Below are positions 55,505-64,000 of a stretch of DNA of 64,000 nucleotides, piece after piece. The notes under the pieces were generated by a model. It was not told where the DNA came from, ran no database searches, and saw only the letters and a program-made list of their open reading frames with translations. The stretch is from a virus. Every line of letters begins with the position of its first letter. Within the stretch, counting starts at the first letter, position 1. The DNA lies in the IMG/VR virus record IMGVR_UViG_3300047545_000180, positions 1-64,000 of that record, one strand, 5' to 3'. The position numbers were made by a program, and so were the translations under genes.

Positions 55505-55858
55505 TTAACCCTTTACAGTTAATATTTTATATAAAATTATAGTACCATCAGCAGCGTGTTCAGTTACAGAGTCTACAATATATGTAATATTATCAAATGT
55601 GATCTTATCTTGAGGTACAGGAATAAAACCTAAATTATTAGCTAGATAAAATACCGCAGAATCTCTTCCAATCATATTCGGAAAGTTATATTGATTAGCA
55701 CGAATATGCTTCTTATACATCTTTACAGAATATGCTGTTTGAGTGTTAGTTGTAGCACCAGTTTCAATATTATATTCACCTTCAGTAACTACTGTATATG
55801 TGCAATTTTTACCGTGTTGATTTATTGCTCTTAATGTTATAGCAAGATATCTATCCAT
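55505..55858 (-). CDS. head-tail joining protein (positional call)
   Basis: 117 aa. Confidence 0.35.
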   Translation of the reverse strand: MDRYLAITLRAINQHGKNCTYTVVTEGEYNIETGATTNTQTAYSVKMYKKHIRANQYNFPNMIGRDSAVFYLANNLGFIPVPQDKITFDNITYIVDSVTEHAADGTIILYKILTVKG

Positions 55859-55871
55859 GATATTCCTTTAA

Positions 55872-56279
55872 TTAAATACCAAATGAACTTGGACGGTATG
55901 TGAATGTTTCAGCGGTAGGTTGCTTAACGATGTTGTTATCTAGGTTAGAGTCGTTAGCTTGCATGTCGGATAGTGATATACCGCCAGCGTAACCTTGAAC
56001 TTTGTCGTACATAGCATTAAGATCAGGGTTCTTGATGTATAACTGTAAAGCTTGCATGTAGTTACGGGCAGCAGCAGAACCTTTGACGCTAAAAATATCG
56101 ACCGTTTCATCGCTACGCATAGATAACTTAAGCATGATACTTTTAGCAGCATCCATAGCTGAACGTTGAAGAGCGTTTGAATTCTTGGTTAAAAAATACT
56201 GATACTCAGCATCACTCATGATTGGCAACTCTGGTGAAGTATCACCAAGCTCATATCGAAGGTCTTGAATTGTAGCCAT
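55872..56279 (-). CDS. head completion/connector protein (positional call)
   Basis: 135 aa. Start overlaps the HNH stop. Confidence 0.35.
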   Translation of the reverse strand: MATIQDLRYELGDTSPELPIMSDAEYQYFLTKNSNALQRSAMDAAKSIMLKLSMRSDETVDIFSVKGSAAARNYMQALQLYIKNPDLNAMYDKVQGYAGGISLSDMQANDSNLDNNIVKQPTAETFTYRPSSFGI

Positions 56280-56812
56280 TATGTATTTTCCTGTAATTTA
56301 TTTGATTTACTTAGATTTTCTTTTGCAGGAATAACTTGTAGATTCCACGGCACGTGTAAACCGCAGACATTTTCACCTTGAAGTGGTATAATATGATCTA
56401 CATGATATTTTTGACCAGTAAGTAATTCTAACTGTTGAGCTTTCTTATAAAAATCTTCAATATTTTTATGATCAATTTGACTTAACCAGTTAGGTGTCGC
56501 TTTTAGTTTTGTAGCGTATCTTTTAGCATTTAAGGCAAGTATTTTACCTTTGTTAGACTCACGATATTCGTGCATGTAAATTGAGCGATCATCTTTATTA
56601 GATTGCTGATAATCTCTAACTCTTTCTAAAATCTTATCTTTATTATCTTCATAGTATTTTTTCTGATACAATAAAGTATGCTGTTTAGTGAATTGATAGT
56701 TTTGTTGCATACAGTTTTTACACTGACTATTATACCCATCTTTTTTAGATTTATTTTTATGAAAATCACTAAACAATTTTTGTTCTTTACATTTACTACA
56801 AATTTTATGCAT
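56279..56812 (-). CDS. HNH homing endonuclease (paralog 3 of 3), inserted between the major capsid gene and the connector genes
   Basis: MHKICSKCKEQK zinc ribbon. HVDHIIPLQGENVCGLHVPWNLQVIPAKEN. About 80% DNA identity to the 338..1024 copy over the motif region. Confidence 0.8.
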   Translation of the reverse strand: MHKICSKCKEQKLFSDFHKNKSKKDGYNSQCKNCMQQNYQFTKQHTLLYQKKYYEDNKDKILERVRDYQQSNKDDRSIYMHEYRESNKGKILALNAKRYATKLKATPNWLSQIDHKNIEDFYKKAQQLELLTGQKYHVDHIIPLQGENVCGLHVPWNLQVIPAKENLSKSNKLQENT

Positions 56813-57007
56813 TTTATCCCTCGGTTGGATTTGAATAGGTATTCCTAGTTGTGAACCGGCACAACGGAGCTTGCAGGCTCTCTTCGGAATGTAAGTATCG
56901 CACTGCAATGCGACTGCAAGTTTTATCTAACATTAATCCTGAATTATAACATAAGATTTGTTACAACGCAAGACTAATATTAGATGCCTCAACTAAGAGG
57001 CAATCTA

Positions 57008-57033
57008 AGTTATTTCAGAAAGCCCCGAAGGGC
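57008..57033 (-). terminator. terminator hairpin directly after the major capsid gene
   Basis: GCCC-TTCG-GGGC followed by TTTCTGAAATAAC on the minus strand. Confidence 0.5.
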
Positions 57034-57038
57034 AATCA

Positions 57039-58052
57039 TCAGTTGGATGTGGTTAACTTAACAACAGCTTGTGGGCGGCGAATCAAGTTCAAGAAGTTAG
57101 CTTCTGATTGAATCATGATTTCGCTATCTTTAGGGTCTTTGTAAGTGAATACATAGGCTTGTTCACCAATGGTATTAACATGACTGAACTTGTTAGCAGG
57201 GCTAAAGTAAGTCTTGAACATGTCGGCAGTACCTTGTGGCAGCATGAAAGCTTCACCAGCAGGGATTAGAGCAGTACCATTGTAAGAACCACGGTATTCA
57301 ATGTACTCAACACCACCGTGTACGAAACGGCGATAGACACCAGAACCTAGACGGTTACGTAGTGGCTCTTGAGTGCTTGTGTAGTACTTGTAAGCTTCTT
57401 TAACAGTAGCGTGGTTGATCAACTTGCCGAAGAAAGCAGGTGAGCAAAGTACGATAATGTTGCTAACTACTTCACCACTTAGGATGTTATCCTGAATGTG
57501 TGCAATGCCTTCTTCAGACTTAGCGTTTAGGTCGGTAGTAGATGTACCAAGCACAAAGTCAATCTCTTTACGGCTTACACCGAAATCAGTGTAGAAGTTA
57601 CCAGCTACAGTACCGTTAGGAGCGTAGATAGCACCAACAGTGATAGCGTAGGCACGAGCAGCTTCTAGAGTTACTGAGTGGTTCATACGGATACGCTCTA
57701 ACTTACGAGCGATAACAGCCGCTTCAGTTTCAGCTTGATCAGCAGAACCGTAAGCACGTTTACCTTGAACATCTTCAGGCTTAACAGCATCGTCCATTGG
57801 GAAGTGCGGAATAGCGAATGAACGTAGAGCACGAGTATCGCTCTTACCTACGTTGTTACGCTCACCACGGATTTTATCGGTAACTAGACCGAGAGTACCT
57901 TCGCTGGATTCAACGGTAACACTGTGTTGAGCAACGCCTTCTTCACCGAATAGACCTAGTTCGTTAATCAAGCCCCATTTGTTAGGGACCAAGAGTAATT
58001 CTTCTGTGTAATCGACTAGCTCAAATGGTTTTTCAAAACTACGAGTTTGCAT
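57039..58052 (-). CDS. major capsid protein (lambda gpE-like size and context)
   Basis: 337 aa. Follows the decoration and scaffold genes. Terminator immediately after. Confidence 0.6.
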   Translation of the reverse strand: MQTRSFEKPFELVDYTEELLLVPNKWGLINELGLFGEEGVAQHSVTVESSEGTLGLVTDKIRGERNNVGKSDTRALRSFAIPHFPMDDAVKPEDVQGKRAYGSADQAETEAAVIARKLERIRMNHSVTLEAARAYAITVGAIYAPNGTVAGNFYTDFGVSRKEIDFVLGTSTTDLNAKSEEGIAHIQDNILSGEVVSNIIVLCSPAFFGKLINHATVKEAYKYYTSTQEPLRNRLGSGVYRRFVHGGVEYIEYRGSYNGTALIPAGEAFMLPQGTADMFKTYFSPANKFSHVNTIGEQAYVFTYKDPKDSEIMIQSEANFLNLIRRPQAVVKLTTSN

Positions 58053-58090
58053 TATAATTTCCTTATTTTATTGTAGGTATCTATCAGATA

Positions 58091-58486
58091 TTAAACTGCA
58101 TCGTTGCAGTTAATATCTTTAGCTTCTAGAGCAGCGTATACAGCAGCTTTTTCAGCATCTAGGTTGTATGTAGCGTCTAGAATTAGACCATCTTTAGATA
58201 CAGTGGCTGGACCTTTTACTAAGCATAGAACTTTAGTATCGGTAGTAGCAGCAACGGTTTGTTCAACCATTACGATTGCATCAGCGACTTCTGAACCATC
58301 AGTTGCAGTTTGTACAGCGATTTTGTACTTACCGCCTTCTGTAACTTTACCTAGCACAGTACCGGGAACTAGAGTAGCTGCGGTGCCGTTATAAGTAACA
58401 GCTAGACGGCAGTAAGCAGTCTCAGGGAAGAGTTCTTGTTTGACAACGTTAGAAAGACGTTTATTTTCGGTTGCAATGAGTGGCAT
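58091..58486 (-). CDS. head decoration protein (gpD-like)
   Basis: 131 aa, Ala/Thr/Val-rich, immediately upstream of the capsid gene. Confidence 0.45.
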   Translation of the reverse strand: MPLIATENKRLSNVVKQELFPETAYCRLAVTYNGTAATLVPGTVLGKVTEGGKYKIAVQTATDGSEVADAIVMVEQTVAATTDTKVLCLVKGPATVSKDGLILDATYNLDAEKAAVYAALEAKDINCNDAV

Positions 58487-58496
58487 TTTATTTTCC

Positions 58497-59129
58497 TTAA
58501 ATATTATTTATTAAAATCAATTGATTGAATTTGAGAACAGACCATTCTGATACGCTTTTGTAAGACCTTTTTCCTGCAGTAAATAGTTGATTTATACTGT
58601 ATGGTTTTAAGTTTGCATAATTTTCTAATTCTCTTCGGCTACCATAAAAGATATCATCATGAGAAAAGAATACGTATTTTGATTTGTCTTCTTTATGTTT
58701 ATTACCTATCTGAGCAAGAGAATTCTTTAATTTTTGCTCTGGTGTTCTTTTTAAACCCAGAGAACCTAACCTAGTTTTTTCAATTGCTTCGGGTGTTTTG
58801 GGTTTACCTAAATGAACTTTTGAGAGTTTTAGCTTAGTTTCTTCAGATACTTTGGAACCTGATCTTCCTTCACCACCATCTGTCATATTACAAAGATCAT
58901 AGCCAAAATATTTAAATTCTAGAATTATGTCTTTTTCACACTGAAGTGCCTCTGTTTCTTCTAGAGAATCAAAAACTATTTCAACAGCATACCCGTGTTT
59001 ATTAACAGTGCGTAACCATCTTAGATTTCTCCCAGATTTTTTATATGCCCTATTACCCTTGCCTTTTCCAACATAGAATGGTCTATTATCAGAAAGTCTC
59101 CGATGAACATAAACATAAAAGTTATTCAT
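58497..59129 (-). CDS. GIY-YIG homing endonuclease
   Basis: FYVYVHRRLSDNRPFYVGKGKGNRAY. Inserted between the scaffold and decoration genes. Confidence 0.8.
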   Translation of the reverse strand: MNNFYVYVHRRLSDNRPFYVGKGKGNRAYKKSGRNLRWLRTVNKHGYAVEIVFDSLEETEALQCEKDIILEFKYFGYDLCNMTDGGEGRSGSKVSEETKLKLSKVHLGKPKTPEAIEKTRLGSLGLKRTPEQKLKNSLAQIGNKHKEDKSKYVFFSHDDIFYGSRRELENYANLKPYSINQLFTAGKRSYKSVSEWSVLKFNQLILINNI

Positions 59130-59140
59130 CTTTTATTTTA

Positions 59141-60172
59141 TTATTTGGCTTGCTTGGCTTTAAGTAACTTTGCCACAGCAGATTCTTTAACAGCAGGTTC
59201 TTCTTGAGTAGAAGCACCCTTTTCTACGAACATCTCAGATGTTTCTACGGTTGCTACCAATGCTTCAACAGCAGATAGGAACGCATTAAAATCATCCTCG
59301 GATTCTAGTGCCAGTGCAGCCTTAGCGATTGCCTGTACTTTGCTTTCGTCTTTCACGATAGCTTTAACTTTTTCAGTTTTTGCTTTATTCACAGCTTCTT
59401 TTTTCTCAGCTTCAAATAGAGCGATTGTTTCCATAGCTTTTTGTAGTTGTACCTTCTGCTCGTCTAGAGCTTTTTGCACAAGTTCAAACTGAGCTTTTTC
59501 AACGGTTTCGACTTTTACTTCGTCATCCATCTTAGATTTCTCCAATTCTTCTTTGTTAACAGAGGTAGACACCCCTTCAATATTCTCAACGCCAGCGTTT
59601 GTTGAGGTATCATTACCGTCTGCAAGATCACAACCCCGTTGGGATTGCTTCGCAATAGCAGCAGGTGCAGATTCTTGTGTTGCTTTCTCAATAGATTTAA
59701 TTGCTTTTTCAATTAAAGCTTGATCGTTGAGCATAGCTAAATATTCTGTTTCATCTAATTCTGATAGAACTTCAGATAAAGTTTCTGCTTCGTGAGCAGA
59801 TTTTAAAATCTCAAAAGCTTCCATCTTAGATTTAATCCAATCTTGATAGTCTTCTTCAGCTTCAACTTTTTCCATTGCTTGTGTTTCAGCAGGTTCTACG
59901 TAACCCATCATGTAAGCAAGAATATCAGCTTGTTCACCGTATAGACCAAAGAAACGCTGTAGAAAATCAGGTAGCTCCATAGTTACACGAACTTGTTGCA
60001 TCTTTTGTACAAACTCTTCACTGAAGTTATTTGCTTTAAGTACCAACTTGTAGTTAGCACCGGAGGCTGTACCACCCTGCTGCTTGGAGACTAATGCAAT
60101 ATGGGAACCTTCACCACTGAAGTCGATATCACTTAGTTTGCGTTTAGTTTTACGTTTTGTAGCTTGTGTCAT
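59141..60172 (-). CDS. scaffolding protein
   Basis: 343 aa, strongly alpha-helical, E/K/A-rich. Upstream of the capsid genes. Confidence 0.55.
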   Translation of the reverse strand: MTQATKRKTKRKLSDIDFSGEGSHIALVSKQQGGTASGANYKLVLKANNFSEEFVQKMQQVRVTMELPDFLQRFFGLYGEQADILAYMMGYVEPAETQAMEKVEAEEDYQDWIKSKMEAFEILKSAHEAETLSEVLSELDETEYLAMLNDQALIEKAIKSIEKATQESAPAAIAKQSQRGCDLADGNDTSTNAGVENIEGVSTSVNKEELEKSKMDDEVKVETVEKAQFELVQKALDEQKVQLQKAMETIALFEAEKKEAVNKAKTEKVKAIVKDESKVQAIAKAALALESEDDFNAFLSAVEALVATVETSEMFVEKGASTQEEPAVKESAVAKLLKAKQAK

Positions 60173-60181
60173 TTTGTTCCT

Positions 60182-60976
60182 TTATTCTGGAGTATCTACA
60201 TCTTCAACACCCGCTAGAGCACCAATGGAAATACCTGTAATTTCGTCATCTTTAATCATCTGCCAAAGAGAATCATCATTTACTTGCAGTGTCATTAACC
60301 ATGTGGACTTCTTAACAAACTGATCATTCAGGACCATATCACAAGGTGCTAAGTAAGATTCAATAACATCAAAAGTATCTGTCATTACTAGATGAAATAA
60401 ATTAGCTCTCATCATGCTTTTATTGAAAGACTCTTTAGCTTTACGCACTTCAGCTTCTGATGTATAATCACCATGTAAATCTGTGTGATCAGGGATCATA
60501 GCAACGTAAGTAACTTGCTTTAACTCTTCATCAACTGCTTTTGTAATTGGAAGTTTAACTCCCGGTAGCTCGTCTTCAGTATTTAATTCCACGTCAGTAA
60601 TATCTTTAATATAAGACTTCAAGATACCTTCTTTTTTTAGAATGCTACGTGCCCATGCGAAACCTGCTGATCCACTCCAGAGGAGCCAAGAAATTTCGCC
60701 AGCTTTAGGGCCACCGTCTGCTTCTTTATCTTTTGGTCGGTAGTTCTTTTCGTGTCTACTGAAGAAGCTGTACATGCGTTTGACAGTATCTAAGCTTAGA
60801 TTACCCTCTATCACATCACGTGCGCGAGCTACACCAGAACCAATACCTTGTTTTCCAGCTTCACGAGTATCTAAGCCGCCACGGTTCCATTTCTCACGTA
60901 AGGCTAAACCTCTTCGTGCATTATTTCGCATTGCATCTGTAGGAGCATAGCTTTTAGCTTTATTAATTGTTTCCAT
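60182..60976 (-). CDS. head morphogenesis protein (possible prohead protease; positional call)
   Basis: 264 aa. First gene after the head promoter. Confidence 0.3.
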   Translation of the reverse strand: METINKAKSYAPTDAMRNNARRGLALREKWNRGGLDTREAGKQGIGSGVARARDVIEGNLSLDTVKRMYSFFSRHEKNYRPKDKEADGGPKAGEISWLLWSGSAGFAWARSILKKEGILKSYIKDITDVELNTEDELPGVKLPITKAVDEELKQVTYVAMIPDHTDLHGDYTSEAEVRKAKESFNKSMMRANLFHLVMTDTFDVIESYLAPCDMVLNDQFVKKSTWLMTLQVNDDSLWQMIKDDEITGISIGALAGVEDVDTPE

Positions 60977-60996
60977 ACCATTCCTATTTAGCGCAA

Positions 60997-61025
60997 TATA
61001 AACATAATTATATCACAATGTTGAT
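60997..61025 (-). promoter_or_regulatory. strong sigma70-type promoter TTGATT-17-TGTGATATAAT (minus strand) for the head gene block
   Basis: Revcomp: -35 at 61020-61025, extended -10 at 60997-61007. -35 is embedded in a 10-bp inverted repeat AATCAAGTGA (61020-61029) / TCACTTGATT (61065-61074). Confidence 0.55.
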
Positions 61026-61093
61026 AATAAATCAAGTGAAATATTTATTATTCATATATTAATGCACAATAATATCACTTGATTTTATTTAAG

Positions 61094-61369
61094 TTAAACT
61101 TCAGATACTTCTTGTACTTCTTGCACAAGCATTAAACCTGCTTTTTGTAATCCTGCGTCTAATGCTCCAAAGTAAACTTTGCGAGGCCAATTAACATCGT
61201 TACAGATAGTATCTAATTCAGTATCATCAAAATAACCATTAGTTAAGTAGTGAGTGACTGGTAGTTCTCCAGTAGCAGATGCAGGTGCTGTAAAATACTC
61301 AGGAAAAGCAGCTTGCGCCACCTCCTGATCTGCTGCAAGAACCACTACGGTTGCTAGTGTTGAGTTCAT
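61094..61369 (-). CDS. hypothetical structural protein
   Basis: 91 aa. Confidence 0.45.
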   Translation of the reverse strand: MNSTLATVVVLAADQEVAQAAFPEYFTAPASATGELPVTHYLTNGYFDDTELDTICNDVNWPRKVYFGALDAGLQKAGLMLVQEVQEVSEV

Positions 61370-63106
61370 TTAATATGCTTTCGTTTTAGAGTTAATGTAC
61401 GTTTCCCCAGCCGTGATCTGCGCTGCGGTGGATGCTGCGCCACGGGCAATAGAGCCGTAGTCGTTGCCGTTAAATGGCAGGGAAGTGCCAGCACGCATGT
61501 AGAAGTAGGCGGGGTAAGTGCCGAAGTTGCCTGTGCCTTGGTCTGCGGTGCTTTGGGCTACTTGTGTGCCGTTTAGTCGCAGAGTTGCAATGTCGCCTGA
61601 AATGTTGCTAATACATGACATCACTGTAGTAATCGGCGCAGCGTACGCAGCGTTAGCTTCTTGAGCGTCTGCTAACACTGTCCCTTTACTCCGATAACTA
61701 AAGTAGACAGTAGTTGCTCTTGGGGCTTGGATGCTAAATGACCCATTATTTGAGCCAACATCTGCGCTCAATTCTGTCAATATTGAAAATCCAGCAGCAT
61801 CACTTAACTTCCGCACCCCCTGCCACACGGTCATCTTGTCCGTAGCGGTGAAGTTGATGCTGTTGGTCTGCATGGACTGATTTGAGCCGTTGGGCTTGAT
61901 GTAGATCGGAAAGCCTGTGCTGTCGTAGTCCGTGCTGGTGTTGACGCGCTGGTAGGCGGGGAGGCCTACGCCTTGGTTGGTGGGCCGGAGGTCTGCGCCC
62001 CACATAAGCCATGCGGAAGTCCCAGAGTACACGCCGTTGTTTCCGTTTGAAGCCGCCCCAGCCAGTATGATGTTGTTGGAACCCGCAAGCGCAGACGCCA
62101 CAGACACCGTGCATCTGTACCAGCCATCGCCAACACTAGTAATGGTGGCCGTTATCCCAGATTGGACGTTGCCCAAAACGCCGTTTTGAATGTCAAACCA
62201 TGCGTACAACGATGCTGCCGCTGAGTTGCTGATTTTTGCGTACAACCATTGGCGGCTGGCGTACTTCGCGTAGAACGAGGCAATGTGCCCTGCGGTTGTG
62301 GTCGTAGGCCCTTGGTATACCCGGTGTGAACCAGAGACACCGTTCTCAGTCATCAAGTTGGCCGTCTGCGTTCCATCTGGAGCAGTGCCGCCGCTTGTGT
62401 TGATCGTCAGGTTGTCTTGGCCCCACGCTGCGTTGCTGAACTCCTGCGTCTTGGTCAGCAAGTTCACCCGCGCAGATACCACAGGGCGGTTTGCGCTGGT
62501 GGACTGGAAGCGGTGGTTGCCGGGGAGTTCTTTGACGGAGATGTTGTCAATAGTTGCACTTGTCGTTCCTGCCGCGACTACCTCAAGTGTATTAATTGAA
62601 GGCCCAGATGTCCCCGCGACAACAAACTGAGAATACGTCCCCGGCAATGTTGGAACGAGCCAGAACGCTCCGCCGTTAATCCGAATGCGAACTTGGCCGC
62701 GTGTCACCGAAACAATCGTTACAGTTACACGGTATGTTGCGTTATTGACGTAAACCCCTGTTTGCCGTGCGCCAAGCGTTGAGCTGACAGACGAGAATGC
62801 GAGTTGCCCGCTGCCAATGGCTGCCCCAGCGTCAAGCGTCCAACCCGTCCCAGCCGAAAAATCACCATTCGTCACCAACTGAGGCCCAAGCACCAACCCC
62901 TTGCTCAAGTCCAGTTGCAACCCCACAGGCTGCTCTACCGCTGTTACAGGCGTTGTACCTGCGCTATCTTGGTAGAGGGTTGAGAAGTTGCTGGGGTCAT
63001 ACCACCAGCCCTGTTCACCGTTAGCAAACAGAGCTTTGATTTTACCTGCAAGCGATAATCCACCTGCTTTTGGTCTATTTCGCAATAAACGATCTATTGC
63101 TCTCAT
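61370..63106 (-). CDS. fiber-like structural protein with a high-GC mosaic body
   Basis: 578 aa, Gly/Ser/Thr/Asn-rich. GC rises sharply across about 61400-63020, then falls back. Confidence 0.55.
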   Translation of the reverse strand: MRAIDRLLRNRPKAGGLSLAGKIKALFANGEQGWWYDPSNFSTLYQDSAGTTPVTAVEQPVGLQLDLSKGLVLGPQLVTNGDFSAGTGWTLDAGAAIGSGQLAFSSVSSTLGARQTGVYVNNATYRVTVTIVSVTRGQVRIRINGGAFWLVPTLPGTYSQFVVAGTSGPSINTLEVVAAGTTSATIDNISVKELPGNHRFQSTSANRPVVSARVNLLTKTQEFSNAAWGQDNLTINTSGGTAPDGTQTANLMTENGVSGSHRVYQGPTTTTAGHIASFYAKYASRQWLYAKISNSAAASLYAWFDIQNGVLGNVQSGITATITSVGDGWYRCTVSVASALAGSNNIILAGAASNGNNGVYSGTSAWLMWGADLRPTNQGVGLPAYQRVNTSTDYDSTGFPIYIKPNGSNQSMQTNSINFTATDKMTVWQGVRKLSDAAGFSILTELSADVGSNNGSFSIQAPRATTVYFSYRSKGTVLADAQEANAAYAAPITTVMSCISNISGDIATLRLNGTQVAQSTADQGTGNFGTYPAYFYMRAGTSLPFNGNDYGSIARGAASTAAQITAGETYINSKTKAY

Positions 63107-63109
63107 GAT

Positions 63110-63547
63110 TTATGCCTTGTTGAAATAAACAACTTGAACGTTTGTTGTAGCCGTACGAGCAATTAGTTTAACGGCGGCAAGACTAGTATCTACATAATAA
63201 TACATACCGTCATCAATGCGTGAACCTACTGTACTAGTAGGAGTAGTACCATCTAATGTAATACTCACTGCACTACCGTCTGCTTGAATACTTGCAGCTA
63301 CAGCACCCGTAGGAACTGTAAGAGTAACTACCGTTGCTGTAGTGACACTAATAGTTTGGCGACCTACGCATGTTCTTGTATTGATTGAAATAGGGATAGG
63401 ATTACCTGTATCATTCGTGATTTCAACTTCAGAACTAATTGTAGCTATAGCTGTTGTTTGTAAACGACCAATTGAATCTACTCTCAATGGGATGACTTGA
63501 TCTGCTTGACCAACTTGCGTAAATACGCCTTCAATTACTGTACTCAT
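63110..63547 (-). CDS. hypothetical structural protein
   Basis: 145 aa, Thr/Val-rich. Confidence 0.45.
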   Translation of the reverse strand: MSTVIEGVFTQVGQADQVIPLRVDSIGRLQTTAIATISSEVEITNDTGNPIPISINTRTCVGRQTISVTTATVVTLTVPTGAVAASIQADGSAVSITLDGTTPTSTVGSRIDDGMYYYVDTSLAAVKLIARTATTNVQVVYFNKA

Positions 63548-63570
63548 GATTTTTCCTTAATATGTTTTGT

Positions 63571-64000
63571 TTATAAATTAATCTGACTTACACGTAATGT
63601 AGCAGAAGGTGTTGCTGGTGCAAATGCTGTATTTGCAGGAGCATTGATTGAAATAGCTGTATCACTTACTGCGTACATTAATTCAAAATAATCGTTGATT
63701 TGCATACTGACTGAAAAACTCCAAGAAGGTACTAACTCTACACCGTTACCAACAATAGTAACTTTAGAAGTACTTCGCGGTATGTCTACACCGTTCTTTC
63801 TAGCCCATATGTAAATTACTTTTTGTGATGAATTAGAAGAGGTTAACTGCAATCTAAAATCAAAAGAATAAAGACCTGCATTATCTGTAGTGATCTTATT
63901 TTGATCAACTACTCTTACACCACTTGAAATATCTGTGTTTTCAAAGTTTACTTTATATGCAGTGTTAACAGAAAGTGCTGCTTGTGTGACAGAACTTGAA
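63571..64000 (-). CDS. structural protein, 5' end beyond the window
   Basis: The frame stays open on the minus strand up to the window edge. The ORF-track start is a non-ATG codon. Confidence 0.4.
   Translation of the reverse strand, partial: SSSVTQAALSVNTAYKVNFENTDISSGVRVVDQNKITTDNAGLYSFDFRLQLTSSNSSQKVIYIWARKNGVDIPRSTSKVTIVGNGVELVPSWSFSVSMQINDYFELMYAVSDTAISINAPANTAFAPATPSATLRVSQINL

Noticed and set aside
56813-56908. N-terminal extension of the HNH ORF (MQCDTYIPKRACKLRCAGSQLGIPIQIQPRDK)
   Set aside because: The other two paralogs start at the equivalent of MHKIC. The extension covers the structured spacer and promoter, so it is non-coding.
56279-57038. Group I intron carrying the HNH gene within the capsid locus
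   Set aside because: The capsid gene ends with its own stop plus a terminator hairpin. The downstream gene has its own start. No split exon was apparent, so this is a free-standing insertion.
61800-63024. Six overlapping ORFs on both strands in the 61.8-63.0 kb region
   Set aside because: By-products of the high GC content (few stop codons) of the mosaic fiber gene 61370..63106. Amino-acid compositions are Arg/Pro/Ala-rich nonsense.

Overview
The window is a compact, AT-rich (about 36-38% GC) genome segment of a lytic tailed phage. Siphovirus-like, lambda-style head and tail morphogenesis gene order. It has three modules. (1) Coordinates 1-15.3 kb: a leftward (minus-strand) block of about 45 small early genes. 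It includes thyX, a dCMP deaminase, a second cytidine-deaminase-like gene, a Pnk-like kinase, a metallophosphoesterase, an Rnl1-like fragment and a SleB-like hydrolase. These are driven by a repeated family of extended -10 promoters with a conserved leader motif. (2) Coordinates 15.4-39.8 kb: a rightward (plus-strand) replication and nucleotide-metabolism block starting at a divergent promoter region. It encodes T7-like primase-helicase, DNA polymerase, gp6-like 5'-3' exonuclease, SSB with a DDDIPF tail, ATP-dependent DNA ligase, an Rnl1-core RNA ligase, endonuclease VII, DnaQ-like exonuclease, MazG-like and dATP/dGTP pyrophosphohydrolase-like genes, NrdAB and a thioredoxin. It also holds a tRNA cluster (tRNA-Arg UCU, tRNA-Met CAU and an anomalous 113-nt tRNA-like element) behind a perfect sigma70 consensus promoter. 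(3) Coordinates 39.8-64 kb: a leftward lysis and structural block. It contains an Rz/Rz1 embedded spanin pair, a SAR endolysin, a pinholin-like protein, tail fibers, an 1811-aa tape measure and a tail assembly chaperone with an apparent programmed frameshift extension. Further genes are the major tail protein, neck proteins, a lambda E-like major capsid, a D-like decoration protein, a scaffold and a head-module promoter. A fiber-like gene has a high-GC mosaic C-terminal body. Seven free-standing homing endonucleases (HNH, HNH-AP2, GIY-YIG) are scattered through the window, including three near-identical HNH paralogs. The window opens with a GC-rich 27-bp tandem repeat array.
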